A stretch of DNA of 64,000 nucleotides, taken from positions 37,756-101,755 of the forward strand of contig JBPOIT010000011.1 in NCBI GenBank assembly GCA_052034235.1, read 5' to 3'. How positions within the stretch are numbered: the first letter of the stretch is position 1; the number at the start of each line of letters is the position of its first letter. The notes beneath the pieces are model-generated. The model searched no databases and was not told the origin of the DNA. It saw only the letters and a program-made list of their open reading frames with translations. The translations under genes were made by a program, and so were the position numbers. This document shows positions 48,734 to 58,158 of the stretch, one piece after another. This DNA comes from Candidatus Levyibacteriota bacterium (lineage in GTDB: Bacteria > Patescibacteriota > Microgenomatia > Levybacterales > UBA12049).

Positions 48734-49047
48734 AATGATTTCGGTTTCCACAGTGACAAAGTAAGATCTACTTTATCGTTGTGAAATTTCACTCCTTCCT
48801 TTTGCAGTATCTGCTTCTTTGTCACTATTCCCTCCCCTGCTGAATAACCAGTTAAATTTCCATTTGAAGCGACTACTCTGTGACACGGAATGATTTTCAT
48901 ATTAGGATTTGTCTTCATACACATCCCCACAGCGCGGGCAGCGCCAGGACTTCCAGCTAAAGCAGCGAGTTGTCCATATGTTACTACTTTACCTTGGGGA
49001 ATTTGTTTTGCAATGTTGTAGACACGATCTCTAAACGTAGATTGCAT
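48730..49047 (-). CDS. O6-alkylguanine DNA alkyltransferase family protein (single domain)
   Basis: IPQGKVVTYGQLA, ARAVG, IPCHRVV. Confidence 0.92.
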   Translation of the reverse strand: MQSTFRDRVYNIAKQIPQGKVVTYGQLAALAGSPGAARAVGMCMKTNPNMKIIPCHRVVASNGNLTGYSAGEGIVTKKQILQKEGVKFHNDKVDLTLSLWKPKSL

Positions 49048-49095
49048 GCAAGTATTGTAAAATAACACCTTACATAATGCAACCCAAAAACCGAG

Positions 49096-49572
49096 CTATT
49101 TTAAACTAATAACTGTGTAAACTTTTTTACCTGCAGGGATTTCCATAACAACTTCATCACCAACTTTTTTGTTGGTAACAGCTTTGCCAAGTGGTGAGAG
49201 TAAAGAAATTTTACCTGCTGAAGGATCTGCTTCCCAATCTCCTACTATTTCATAAACTCGTTCTCTCTCCCCATCAGAAAGCGTCACTGTTTTTCCAATC
49301 TCAACAACTGGATCAGCACTGCTTTCAATAATTTGTGCATATTTCAGAGCATACTCCGTCCTACGAATTTGACCATCGATAAAATTGAGTTTTTGACGTG
49401 ATGCTTTGTAATACCCATTTTCACTCAAATCCCCCATCTCGCGAGCTTTTTTGAGTTCTGAAACAGCATGAGGCCGCTGGTCAATCAAATCAGCATGCTC
49501 TTTTTTAAGTTTCTCAAATCCTTCCTGCGTAAATCGTATTGGGTCTGGTTGTAGCCTAACTGCTTTTTTCAT
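49096..49572 (-). CDS. greA: Transcription elongation factor GreA
   Basis: AREMGDLSEN, EADP...ISLLSPLG. Confidence 0.92.
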   Translation of the reverse strand: MKKAVRLQPDPIRFTQEGFEKLKKEHADLIDQRPHAVSELKKAREMGDLSENGYYKASRQKLNFIDGQIRRTEYALKYAQIIESSADPVVEIGKTVTLSDGERERVYEIVGDWEADPSAGKISLLSPLGKAVTNKKVGDEVVMEIPAGKKVYTVISLK

Positions 49573-49574
49573 AA

Positions 49575-50453
49575 TTAAAAATTTTTAATTCGCTCTATAA
49601 AGGAAATCACTTTCCCAATTTTTGTCTTCTGGCGTATAGTATACGCTATTGCATCTTGAATTTGTGGAAGCATTTCCTGAGCAGCTTGCTCCCCAGCTTC
49701 AATAATCGTTTTAGCCTTATCGTTACTGAAAAAATAATTCCATCCCAAGAATCCTACTTGAAGCACATCTTTTGGAGAGATAACAACGTCCGCAGTTTTA
49801 ACTGCATGCAAAGCCAAATTATGCCGCAATATATTTATCGAATAAACAGGTATTTTTGAAAGTGGTGGAATCACCGATAATTCATTTTCATAATACACAG
49901 TATCCAAATTCACTGCAATGACAATATCAGCACCCATGCTCCTTACAATATCACCAGGAACTGGGTTTGAAAGTCCACCATCTGAAAGCAATCTTTTATG
50001 AAATATCACGGGTTGAAAAAAAGCTGGAGCTGAGATACTAACACGAATTGCTTTTACGAGATCGCCGTCACTCAAAACTACAGCCTCCGCAGTATTTAAA
50101 TCAGTGGCAACTGCCGCATAAGGAATTTTAAGATCTTCAAATTTTGCACCCTCAAGAATTTCTTTTATAAACTCTTCAGCTTTTTTACCTTTAATTAGTC
50201 CACCTTTCCAAGTCGGATCAAACAGCTGAAAACCCTTACTTCTATTAAAGCCAAGGATCAGCTCTTCCAATTTTTTCGTATTCCGATGAGCTGCATAATG
50301 AGCACCTATAAGTGAGCCAATGCTTGATCCTGCAATGTAATCAATGGGTATGTTGTTTTCCTCCAGAGTTTTAAGAACGCCAATGTGTGCAAGTCCTTTT
50401 GCTCCACCGCTCCCCAACGCTAAACCTATTTTTGGTAACAAACTAATAGCCAT
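49575..50453 (-). CDS. Patatin-like phospholipase
   Basis: GSGGAKG, GSSIG, DGG motifs. Confidence 0.92.
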   Translation of the reverse strand: MAISLLPKIGLALGSGGAKGLAHIGVLKTLEENNIPIDYIAGSSIGSLIGAHYAAHRNTKKLEELILGFNRSKGFQLFDPTWKGGLIKGKKAEEFIKEILEGAKFEDLKIPYAAVATDLNTAEAVVLSDGDLVKAIRVSISAPAFFQPVIFHKRLLSDGGLSNPVPGDIVRSMGADIVIAVNLDTVYYENELSVIPPLSKIPVYSINILRHNLALHAVKTADVVISPKDVLQVGFLGWNYFFSNDKAKTIIEAGEQAAQEMLPQIQDAIAYTIRQKTKIGKVISFIERIKNF

Positions 50454-50515
50454 ATTTTTATTATACTCTTTTAGTAACCGCTGCAAAGTAGACAGGGCGT
50501 GCTATAATAACTCAT

Positions 50516-51349
50516 ATGATAAACGTACTGAAAACATTTGTGCTCCTAGGAATACTAAGCGTTATTTTTATCACTATCGGTGGCTATTTTGGTGGGAGAA
50601 GCGGTATTTATACAGCGTTTTTCTTCTCGCTTCTGATGAATGGAGGCATGTACTTTTTCTCAGACAAGCTGGCACTTAAAATGAGCGGTGCAAAACCTCT
50701 TGATCCGCATAAGTACAAAGATCTTTATACAATGATTGAGGAATTAACTCACAAAATGAAGCTACCGATGCCAAAGCTCTATATAACGCCGGAAAGACAA
50801 GCTAATGCATTTGCAACAGGTCGTGACCCATCACATGCATCAGTTGCTGTGACGCAAGGTATTCTTGATACGCTGTCTAAAGACGAACTTCGAGCGGTTC
50901 TCGCCCATGAAATGGGACACGTCAAAAATCGTGATATTCTTGTCGCCTCAGTCGCTGCTGTCTTAGCAAGCGCAATTTCGTTTATCGCCAATATGGCAAT
51001 GTGGGGAGGCTTTTCAAACAATAATGAAAATAGAGGAAGCGGTGCACTTGGTATTGTTGTTGCACTTCTTGTTCCTATTGCAGCATCTGTCATTCAAATG
51101 GCAATTTCCCGCCAACGAGAATACGGTGCAGATGAAACAGGTGCAAAAACCATTGGTGACGGTGAACCTCTCGCAAAAGCATTACTTGCAATTCATGACA
51201 CAACGAGACGCGCACCTATGAAAACCAACCCAGCATTTTCATCGCTCTACATTGATAACCCACTGGGTGGACTTGGCGGCAGTATGGTAAATCTCTTTTC
51301 GACCCATCCTCCAGTTGAGGAACGCGTTAAACGCTTAAGAAAAATATAA
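50516..51349 (+). CDS. htpX: Zinc metalloprotease HtpX (M48)
   Basis: NAFATGR, HEMGH, SRQREYGAD, FSTHPP. Confidence 0.93.
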   Translation: MINVLKTFVLLGILSVIFITIGGYFGGRSGIYTAFFFSLLMNGGMYFFSDKLALKMSGAKPLDPHKYKDLYTMIEELTHKMKLPMPKLYITPERQANAFATGRDPSHASVAVTQGILDTLSKDELRAVLAHEMGHVKNRDILVASVAAVLASAISFIANMAMWGGFSNNNENRGSGALGIVVALLVPIAASVIQMAISRQREYGADETGAKTIGDGEPLAKALLAIHDTTRRAPMKTNPAFSSLYIDNPLGGLGGSMVNLFSTHPPVEERVKRLRKI

Positions 51350-51370
51350 TACAATTTCTCCTTTGAACTG

Positions 51371-51616
51371 CTAATACAGACTTGTAACAAAAAAGAAAAT
51401 TATAAGAACTACCGTAAAGAGGGCAGTAAAAATGCTTGCCTTGACTAGTACACTGATGTTTTTAGGGGGATGTATATCTGTATCTTCTCGAGAAGAAAAA
51501 ACACGTACCAAATATATCCAGTTATAAAAAACGATGATAAGAGCTATAAAAAGGGATATGAGTAAAACTGAAAATTTTATTCCTTGCGTTAATACTTCGC
51601 CATTTATTATATTCAT
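51371..51616 (-). CDS. Small two-TM hypothetical protein
   Basis: 81-aa ORF with GGGAG SD-like sequence. Confidence 0.6.
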   Translation of the reverse strand: MNIINGEVLTQGIKFSVLLISLFIALIIVFYNWIYLVRVFSSREDTDIHPPKNISVLVKASIFTALFTVVLIIFFFVTSLY

Positions 51617-51693
51617 ACACGGTACTCCCTACCTGACTACATAAAGTCCAACGTTGATTGTGAACTCTCGCTCAAGTATCGTGTAACTCTTTT

Positions 51694-52314
51694 TTAACTT
51701 TTTGCCACACTCACATCTCGATTGTAAGATTTAAACCAAATTGGCTGAATGTTAACATTTTGTCTTTGTGAACTTCGATCAAGTAATTTCTGGGTTAAAA
51801 AGACTCCTAGTTTGTAAGATTTACTGATATCTCCAAAGACGAATTCTTCCTGATGTGTCGGTCTGTCAAAAGTCAGAACAACATCTCCCATATCAATCAG
51901 CTCATTTAAGAAACCGCTTCTCCTAAAATCTATCTGCGTGCAGTTAACTTGGTCTAGAAGAACGTCATTCATAACGTGTGAATAAAGCGGCGCATACCAT
52001 ACCTCAAGAATTTTTCTGCTCGTCAAAATGTAGAGATGGAAATGCCAATCCATAATGCTTTTGGTAATAAAGGTGAGCAGCAGACTAATAAAAAGCAGCA
52101 CTGTTGTAATAAACAGCGAAGGAGATGGGAATAATGTGGTGAAAAGAATTGCCGAGCAGAAAATCATCAGGCAGATAATAAATGTGATCAGTAATATAGG
52201 GAAGAAAATGGTGAATGGATGTTTTCGTTTGACGAGTAATAATTCTTCTCCATTAAGTGTAAGAAATTTGTCCCAGTTACCTTGTGTTATCATTGATTTT
52301 TCGTCGGTATCCAT
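51694..52314 (-). CDS. Membrane protein with bacterial PH-like domain
   Basis: EELLLVKRKHP, two TMs, YILTSRKI, GDVVL; SD GAAAGGAGG. Confidence 0.7.
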   Translation of the reverse strand: MDTDEKSMITQGNWDKFLTLNGEELLLVKRKHPFTIFFPILLITFIICLMIFCSAILFTTLFPSPSLFITTVLLFISLLLTFITKSIMDWHFHLYILTSRKILEVWYAPLYSHVMNDVLLDQVNCTQIDFRRSGFLNELIDMGDVVLTFDRPTHQEEFVFGDISKSYKLGVFLTQKLLDRSSQRQNVNIQPIWFKSYNRDVSVAKS

Positions 52315-52471
52315 AACTGTTCCTCCTTTCTTTTTATGAGAAGTCAACTGCCTGGTCTTTTTGATATTCGCCTTGGTGCAGTTGACTTTAAGTTTATTTA
52401 TTCTGGCATCATTACTGTTTTGTCTAATTCATTTTCTTTTCTTTCATCGTATCAAGCATGCCGGAATTATA

Positions 52472-52510
52472 TAAGGATTATATGAAGATATTGTGAGAAA
52501 GAGATAAGAA
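52472..52510 (-). promoter_or_regulatory. Four 11-bp-phased hexamers (putative OmpR-type operator)
   Basis: taagga/tgaaga/tgagaa/taagaa at 52472, 52483, 52494, 52505. Confidence 0.5.
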
Positions 52511-52533
52511 AAATATCCGTTTGGACTGGTATA

Positions 52534-52932
52534 TCAAGAAAATCGTTGTCGCAATTTGACAAAGGGGTTTAAAGAATGTCGCTGTTCTTCTGGATCATGT
52601 GCTTCTTCATCATATACTTGTCCCTCGTCACGTAACCGCAAATTTTCCAGTTCAAGCTGATGATTTCGCTCTTCGAGCTTGTGAATCTGTTCTTCTGCAC
52701 TGTGGATTCTCCCCTCGTTTCCTCGTAATCTCATTGATGTAGAAACAAACCCAACAATACTAATGAGCCAACTTACAAAGATACCGATCAGCATTGCACC
52801 TAAAACGACTGCATATAAAGGAATATCAAAAAAACCATATTGCCACAAAATAACCGACGTTGGTTGCGTATTTTGGGTAGCGAAAAAGGCTACGCCAACA
52901 CCGAATAGTATTAATATAAATAAACTAATCAT
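52534..52932 (-). CDS. LapA (DUF1049) family membrane protein
   Basis: FFATQNT, PLYAVVLGAMLIG, coiled-coil tail. Confidence 0.8.
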   Translation of the reverse strand: MISLFILILFGVGVAFFATQNTQPTSVILWQYGFFDIPLYAVVLGAMLIGIFVSWLISIVGFVSTSMRLRGNEGRIHSAEEQIHKLEERNHQLELENLRLRDEGQVYDEEAHDPEEQRHSLNPFVKLRQRFS

Positions 52933-52961
52933 ATGAATATATCTATTATGTGATATGTGTT

Positions 52962-53000
52962 TGAGAAATACTTGAGTATATCGTTAAAGAAGTGTAAGAA
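52962..53000 (-). promoter_or_regulatory. 11-bp-phased hexamer array (putative OmpR-type operator)
   Basis: tgagaa/tgagta/ttaaag/taagaa at 52962, 52973, 52984, 52995. Confidence 0.45.
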
Positions 53001-53059
53001 TATTTGCGTTAATATGCTTGTCAGCGCATATTAAAGTTGTTACACTTATATTACTGTCC

Positions 53060-54346
53060 ATGGGATACATTAAAAATTACGATTCTCTCGCAACAAGTGT
53101 GCAGCGTAAAATAGTTTTGGAACTCGTTGAAGCTGCATTTGCTTCGGTCGCGCCTCAAGAGGTCTTTAAGAATGGCTTTTCATTTGAAAACAAAATTCTT
53201 AAAATTCAGGATCAAACATTTGACCTAAATAAGTATGAGCGTGTGTTTCTTGTTGGATTTGGAAAAGGCAGTGCGGGAAATGCAAAAATGCTTGAAGATA
53301 AATTGGGTGATGTCATAACAGACGGTTGGGTCAATGATGTCGTTGAGGAGCAATTTGCCAAACTGCACGCTACAAAAGGCACCCACCCACTTCCCTCTCA
53401 GGAAAATTTTGATTTTACAAACACTGTTCTTGAAAAACTCACTGGCTTAACTGAAAAAGATTTTGTCATTCTTATCACTTGTGGAGGCGGTTCTGTGTTG
53501 TTTGAAGCACCTAACTCATTTACGCTTGAGCAAATGATTGCAGTTAACAAAGCACTTCTCCAATCAGGTGCAAACATCACTGAAATGAATGTGATCAGAA
53601 AACATCTCTCCAAAGTAAAAGGTGGAGGTCTCGCAAAACATTTGTACCCGGCAACCGTTGCCAACCTTATTTTCTCAGATGTACCGGGTAATGATTTGTC
53701 AGTTATCGCATCAGGTCCACTTGTGAAAGATAAATCATCACAAGAAGAAGCAACTGAAATTTATAAAAAATATAACCTCGAATCCTATCATGCTTTTACC
53801 CCAGCAGATTTTGTTGAAACACCCAAAGAAGATAAATATTTTGAGAAAACATCCAATATTCTTATGCTGAGTAATTTAACAGCCATCAACGCTATGGAAA
53901 AACTTATCAGGGAAAAAGGTTATACACCGTATGTTATGACTGACAGACTCCAAGGTGATGCACGAAAGCTTGGTGAGCAATTGATAAACGAAACGTTGCC
54001 TGGACATATTCTGGTCGCAGGTGGTGAATCAACAGTTAAAGTAACCGGTAAAGGATTGGGAGGCCGCAATCAGGAACTCGTTCTTAGTGCACTCCCCTTT
54101 ATCAAAGAAGGCACAGTTCTTGCAACATTTAGTACAGACGGTTGGGATTTTTATTGGTTCTGCGGAGCAATTGCAGATATGGAGACTATTAAAAAAGTGC
54201 AGGAAAAGGAAGTTGATGTAGAGTCTTACCTCGCTGATGATAACAGCTACGGTTTCTTCGAACACATCGGCGACGGTATCCAAACCGGCAAACAAGAATC
54301 AAACGTCTCAGATCTGTTTATCGTCCTCAAAGACGAACGTCCATAA
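53060..54346 (+). CDS. Glycerate 2-kinase (DUF4147/MOFRL family)
   Basis: GFGKG, HPLP, GGGS, IRKHLSKVKGG, SDVPG, GGRNQE, TDG. Confidence 0.92.
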   Translation: MGYIKNYDSLATSVQRKIVLELVEAAFASVAPQEVFKNGFSFENKILKIQDQTFDLNKYERVFLVGFGKGSAGNAKMLEDKLGDVITDGWVNDVVEEQFAKLHATKGTHPLPSQENFDFTNTVLEKLTGLTEKDFVILITCGGGSVLFEAPNSFTLEQMIAVNKALLQSGANITEMNVIRKHLSKVKGGGLAKHLYPATVANLIFSDVPGNDLSVIASGPLVKDKSSQEEATEIYKKYNLESYHAFTPADFVETPKEDKYFEKTSNILMLSNLTAINAMEKLIREKGYTPYVMTDRLQGDARKLGEQLINETLPGHILVAGGESTVKVTGKGLGGRNQELVLSALPFIKEGTVLATFSTDGWDFYWFCGAIADMETIKKVQEKEVDVESYLADDNSYGFFEHIGDGIQTGKQESNVSDLFIVLKDERP

Positions 54347-54430
54347 TAGGCTACAAACGTTCTCTCCTCCACGATTTTTGTCATAGCGAAAAATATAGTC
54401 GGTGGTATAATAGTACTTCATTTTACTATT

Positions 54431-56260
54431 GTGAATTCTTTACAAGAGTTAACAAAACTCATCCGCTATTATATTTTGCTCTCAACTACTGAGGCAGGAT
54501 CTGGACATCCGACCTCATCCCTTTCTGCGGTCGAACTTATGACAGTACTCTTTTTTGACGGTATCCTCAAATATGACCTAAAGAATCCTGACAATCCGCT
54601 CAATGATAAAATTATCTTTTCCAAAGGCCATGCCTCCCCGCTTTTTTATGCACTTTTTGCTGCAGCTGGAAAAGTAACAGAAGATGAACTCAAAACCCTT
54701 AGAAAATTCGGGAGCAGACTTGAAGGTCATCCAACCCTTGCCTTTCCCTACACACTTACACCAACAGGATCGCTTGGACAAGGTCTATCCGTGGGAATTG
54801 GAACGGCACTTAACGCTAAATATTTAGACAAAACTATGTATAACACCTATGTACTGCTTGGTGATAGTGAAATTGCTGAAGGATCGGTTTGGGAAGCAAT
54901 ACAACTAGCAGCTCATTACAAACTAAACAATCTCATCGGTATTTTGGATGTGAACAGACTCGGACAAAGTACCCAAACACTCTATGGTCATGATGTAAAA
55001 ACTATCGCTAAAAAGGTCGAGGCATTCGGCTGGAACGTTATAACAATCGACGGTCATTCGATCCCTGAAATCCAAAAAGCATTTGCGAAAGCCAAAGAAT
55101 CAACAGACTCGCCTGTTATGATTGTTGCCAAAACATTTAAAGGCAACGGCGTCTCACTTGTCCAAAACAAAGATAATTGGCATGGCAAAGCACTAAACAA
55201 AGAACAATTTGAAGAAGCACTGAAAGAACTTGGAACTATTAATAAAGATCTCATAGGCAAAGTACTCAAACCAAAAACGACTTCCATTGCAAAACAAAAA
55301 AGTACACAAGTCCCCCAGCCTCATTATGAAAAGGGCATTAACGTTGCAACGCGCAAAGCGTATGGCGACGCCTTAACAAGGATTCTCCCACAATATCCTG
55401 AAGCCGTTGTGCTTGATGCGGAAACAAGCAATTCAACATATTCAGCAAAAGCACGTGATGTCGACCCAAACAGATATTTTGAAATCTATATAGCTGAGCA
55501 AAATATGGTAGGTATTGCGATAGGATTATCACGCGTCGGTAAGATACCATTTCTTTCAACTTTTGCTGCTTTCCTCTCGAGGGCTTTTGATCAAATTAGA
55601 ATGTCTCAATATGCAAACGCCAACATAAAAGTTGTAGGATCACATGCAGGAGTTTCAATCGGTGAAGACGGCGCCTCACAAATGGGACTTGAAGATATCA
55701 CGATGTTTCGAACACTCATTGGTAGTGTTGTTCTCTATCCGAGTGATGCAGTATCGTCTGAACGATTACTCGAAGAAGCAGCCAAACATACTGGGCTTGT
55801 TTACATTCGTGAAACTCGCAGCGAAACACCAGTTATTTATGACAATAATGAACTCTTCTCTATAGGCGGAAGTAAAACTTTGAAGAAAAGTCCTACAGAT
55901 GTCGTTACGGTAGTTTCTGCAGGTATCACCCTTCACGAAGCTCTCAAAGCATACGAAGAGCTTAAAGCGGAAGGTATTATAATACGTGTTATTGACCTTT
56001 ATAGTATTAAACCGCTTGATGAAAAAACACTGAAAAAAGCAGGTAAAGAAACCCAAGCACTCATCGTCGTTGAAGATCACTACGAAGCAGGAGGCATCGG
56101 TGAAGCAGTTGCGAGTGCACTTTCAGAAGAAGCAATTCCCGTCTATTCACTCGCAGTTCGCAAAATGCCAAGAAGCGGTAAACCGCTCGAACTCCTAGAC
56201 TACGAAGACATTTCAGCCCGCGCAATTGTTAAAAAAGTAAAAACTCTTCTGAAAAAATAA
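54431..56260 (+). CDS. tkt: Transketolase, single chain (~610 aa)
   Basis: SGHPTSS, SKGHA, TGSLGQG, GDSE..EGSVWEA, GEDGASQM. Confidence 0.93.
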   Translation: MNSLQELTKLIRYYILLSTTEAGSGHPTSSLSAVELMTVLFFDGILKYDLKNPDNPLNDKIIFSKGHASPLFYALFAAAGKVTEDELKTLRKFGSRLEGHPTLAFPYTLTPTGSLGQGLSVGIGTALNAKYLDKTMYNTYVLLGDSEIAEGSVWEAIQLAAHYKLNNLIGILDVNRLGQSTQTLYGHDVKTIAKKVEAFGWNVITIDGHSIPEIQKAFAKAKESTDSPVMIVAKTFKGNGVSLVQNKDNWHGKALNKEQFEEALKELGTINKDLIGKVLKPKTTSIAKQKSTQVPQPHYEKGINVATRKAYGDALTRILPQYPEAVVLDAETSNSTYSAKARDVDPNRYFEIYIAEQNMVGIAIGLSRVGKIPFLSTFAAFLSRAFDQIRMSQYANANIKVVGSHAGVSIGEDGASQMGLEDITMFRTLIGSVVLYPSDAVSSERLLEEAAKHTGLVYIRETRSETPVIYDNNELFSIGGSKTLKKSPTDVVTVVSAGITLHEALKAYEELKAEGIIIRVIDLYSIKPLDEKTLKKAGKETQALIVVEDHYEAGGIGEAVASALSEEAIPVYSLAVRKMPRSGKPLELLDYEDISARAIVKKVKTLLKK

Positions 56261-56297
56261 CTTGACTCAAAACGAGTTTTCCCGCATGATAAGATAA

Positions 56298-57161
56298 GTG
56301 CTGCAAGATCTCTACGAAGACAAATTAAAAGACTTAGAAAAGAAAGCTGAAAAAGCTCGTGAACTGCTGATAAGTACATTACTTGAAGCTGGTTCAGGCC
56401 ATTCTGCCGGCCCACTAGGCATGGCTGATATTTTTACAGCTTTTTATTTTCATATCCTCAATCACGATCCGAAAAACCCGGAATGGGAAGATCGCGACCG
56501 ACTCATACTTTCCAACGGACATATATGCCCTATTCGATATGTTTCGATGGCGCAAGCTGGATATTTTCCAGTCGATGAACTTAAGACACTTAGAAAAATA
56601 AATTCACGCCTCCAAGGCCATCCTCATCGAACTGTTCTTGCAGGTCTTGAAACAACATCAGGCCCACTGGGGGAAGGATTGGGACAAGGTATCGGCATCG
56701 CGCTTGCTGCAAAGATGGACAACAAAAAATATTATACATACGTCATAACTGGAGACGGTGAGCTTAACGAAGGCAATATTTGGGAATCGGTTATGTTTGC
56801 AGGTAAAAATAAAATGAATAATCTCATCATGGTTGTAGACCGCAATAATATTCAAATAGACGGGTTTACTGAAGATGTTATGCCGCTAGAACCTTTGAAA
56901 GAAAAGTTTGAAGCATTTGGCTGGCATGTTTTGGAATCCGACGGCCAGAATATTAAACAATTCGTCGACGCAATCGCTGAGGCACATGCAATTTATGAGA
57001 AACCGACAGTCATTATTGCTCACACAATCCCTGGCTTCGGCGTTGATTTTATGGAGAAAGATTTCCATTGGCACGGCAAACCACCAAATGCCGAAGAAGC
57101 AAAGATTGCACTTGATGAATTGAGAACGCTTAAGGGAAAAATTGTTGGAGAACACAAATAA
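56298..57161 (+). CDS. Split transketolase, N-terminal (TPP-binding) subunit
   Basis: SGHSAG, DRLILSNGH, GDGELNEG..WE, WHGK. Confidence 0.92.
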   Translation: MLQDLYEDKLKDLEKKAEKARELLISTLLEAGSGHSAGPLGMADIFTAFYFHILNHDPKNPEWEDRDRLILSNGHICPIRYVSMAQAGYFPVDELKTLRKINSRLQGHPHRTVLAGLETTSGPLGEGLGQGIGIALAAKMDNKKYYTYVITGDGELNEGNIWESVMFAGKNKMNNLIMVVDRNNIQIDGFTEDVMPLEPLKEKFEAFGWHVLESDGQNIKQFVDAIAEAHAIYEKPTVIIAHTIPGFGVDFMEKDFHWHGKPPNAEEAKIALDELRTLKGKIVGEHK

Positions 57162-57164
57162 TCT

Positions 57165-58157
57165 ATGCTTAACCCGAAACTTAAACTCAATCCTAAATTA
57201 TTTGATGAAAAAGTTGAAACTGCGCCAACTCGAGCTGGTTTTGGCACAGGGCTTTTGACATTGGGCGAAATTAATCCCAATGTCGTTGCGCTTTCTGCTG
57301 ATCTCACCGAATCAACACAAACCCATAAATTTGCAGAAAAATTTCCTGAACGATTTATCCAAACAGGAATTGGAGAGCAGAATATGGCAACCATTGCAGC
57401 AGGACTTGGGGTTACAGGAAAAGTTGCTTTTATCTCTTCTTACGCAACGTTCTCTCCTGGCAAAAATTGGGAAACACTCAGAACAACTGCTGTTTATAAC
57501 AGAGCCAATGTCAAAATTGCAGGCCATCATTCAGGTATTATGACTGGCCCTGACGGTGCAACGCATCAGGCTACTGAAGATATCGCCATCACCCGCTGCT
57601 GGCCTGATATTCACATTTATGTCCCCTGTGATAGCATTGAAGCTCACAAGGCAACTATTGCCGCAGCAGATATAGATACGCCAGTCTATCTACGGTATTC
57701 TAGAGATAAAACTCCTGTCATAACAACAGATAAAACACCGTTTGAAGTTGGCAAAATGCAGGAATTCTGGACACATGAAAGTCCCCAAGCAACGATCTTT
57801 GCAACCGGATATATGCTCTACTACGCACTCGTTGCAGCAAAGGAGCTCGAAGAAGAAGGATTCCCTGTGCTGGTTATTAATGTTGCGACAATCAAACCAC
57901 TTGATATGGATGGACTTATGCGTTTTACTGGGCATACGAGAGCTGTCGTCACCGTTGAAGATCATCAGGTAACAGGCGGACTTGGCAGTGCAATTGCCGA
58001 AGCTCTTGCAAAGACCAATCCCCTTCCGATAGAATTTATAGGCCTGCAAGATACATTTGCCGAATCCGGAACTCCAAAAGAGATTCTGGAAAAATATCAT
58101 ATGGATCCAAAGGCAATCAAAAAAGCTGTAAAAAAAGTTGTCGGACGGAAAAAATAA
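57165..58157 (+). CDS. Split transketolase, C-terminal subunit
   Basis: LSADL, GIGEQNM, GPDGATHQ, IKPLD, EDH..TGGLG. Confidence 0.92.
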   Translation: MLNPKLKLNPKLFDEKVETAPTRAGFGTGLLTLGEINPNVVALSADLTESTQTHKFAEKFPERFIQTGIGEQNMATIAAGLGVTGKVAFISSYATFSPGKNWETLRTTAVYNRANVKIAGHHSGIMTGPDGATHQATEDIAITRCWPDIHIYVPCDSIEAHKATIAAADIDTPVYLRYSRDKTPVITTDKTPFEVGKMQEFWTHESPQATIFATGYMLYYALVAAKELEEEGFPVLVINVATIKPLDMDGLMRFTGHTRAVVTVEDHQVTGGLGSAIAEALAKTNPLPIEFIGLQDTFAESGTPKEILEKYHMDPKAIKKAVKKVVGRKK

Positions 58158-58158
58158 T

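Noticed and set aside
56298-58157. Split transketolase considered as a frameshifted pseudogene
   Set aside because: Two-subunit transketolases are a known intact form, and both ORFs have proper ends and motifs.
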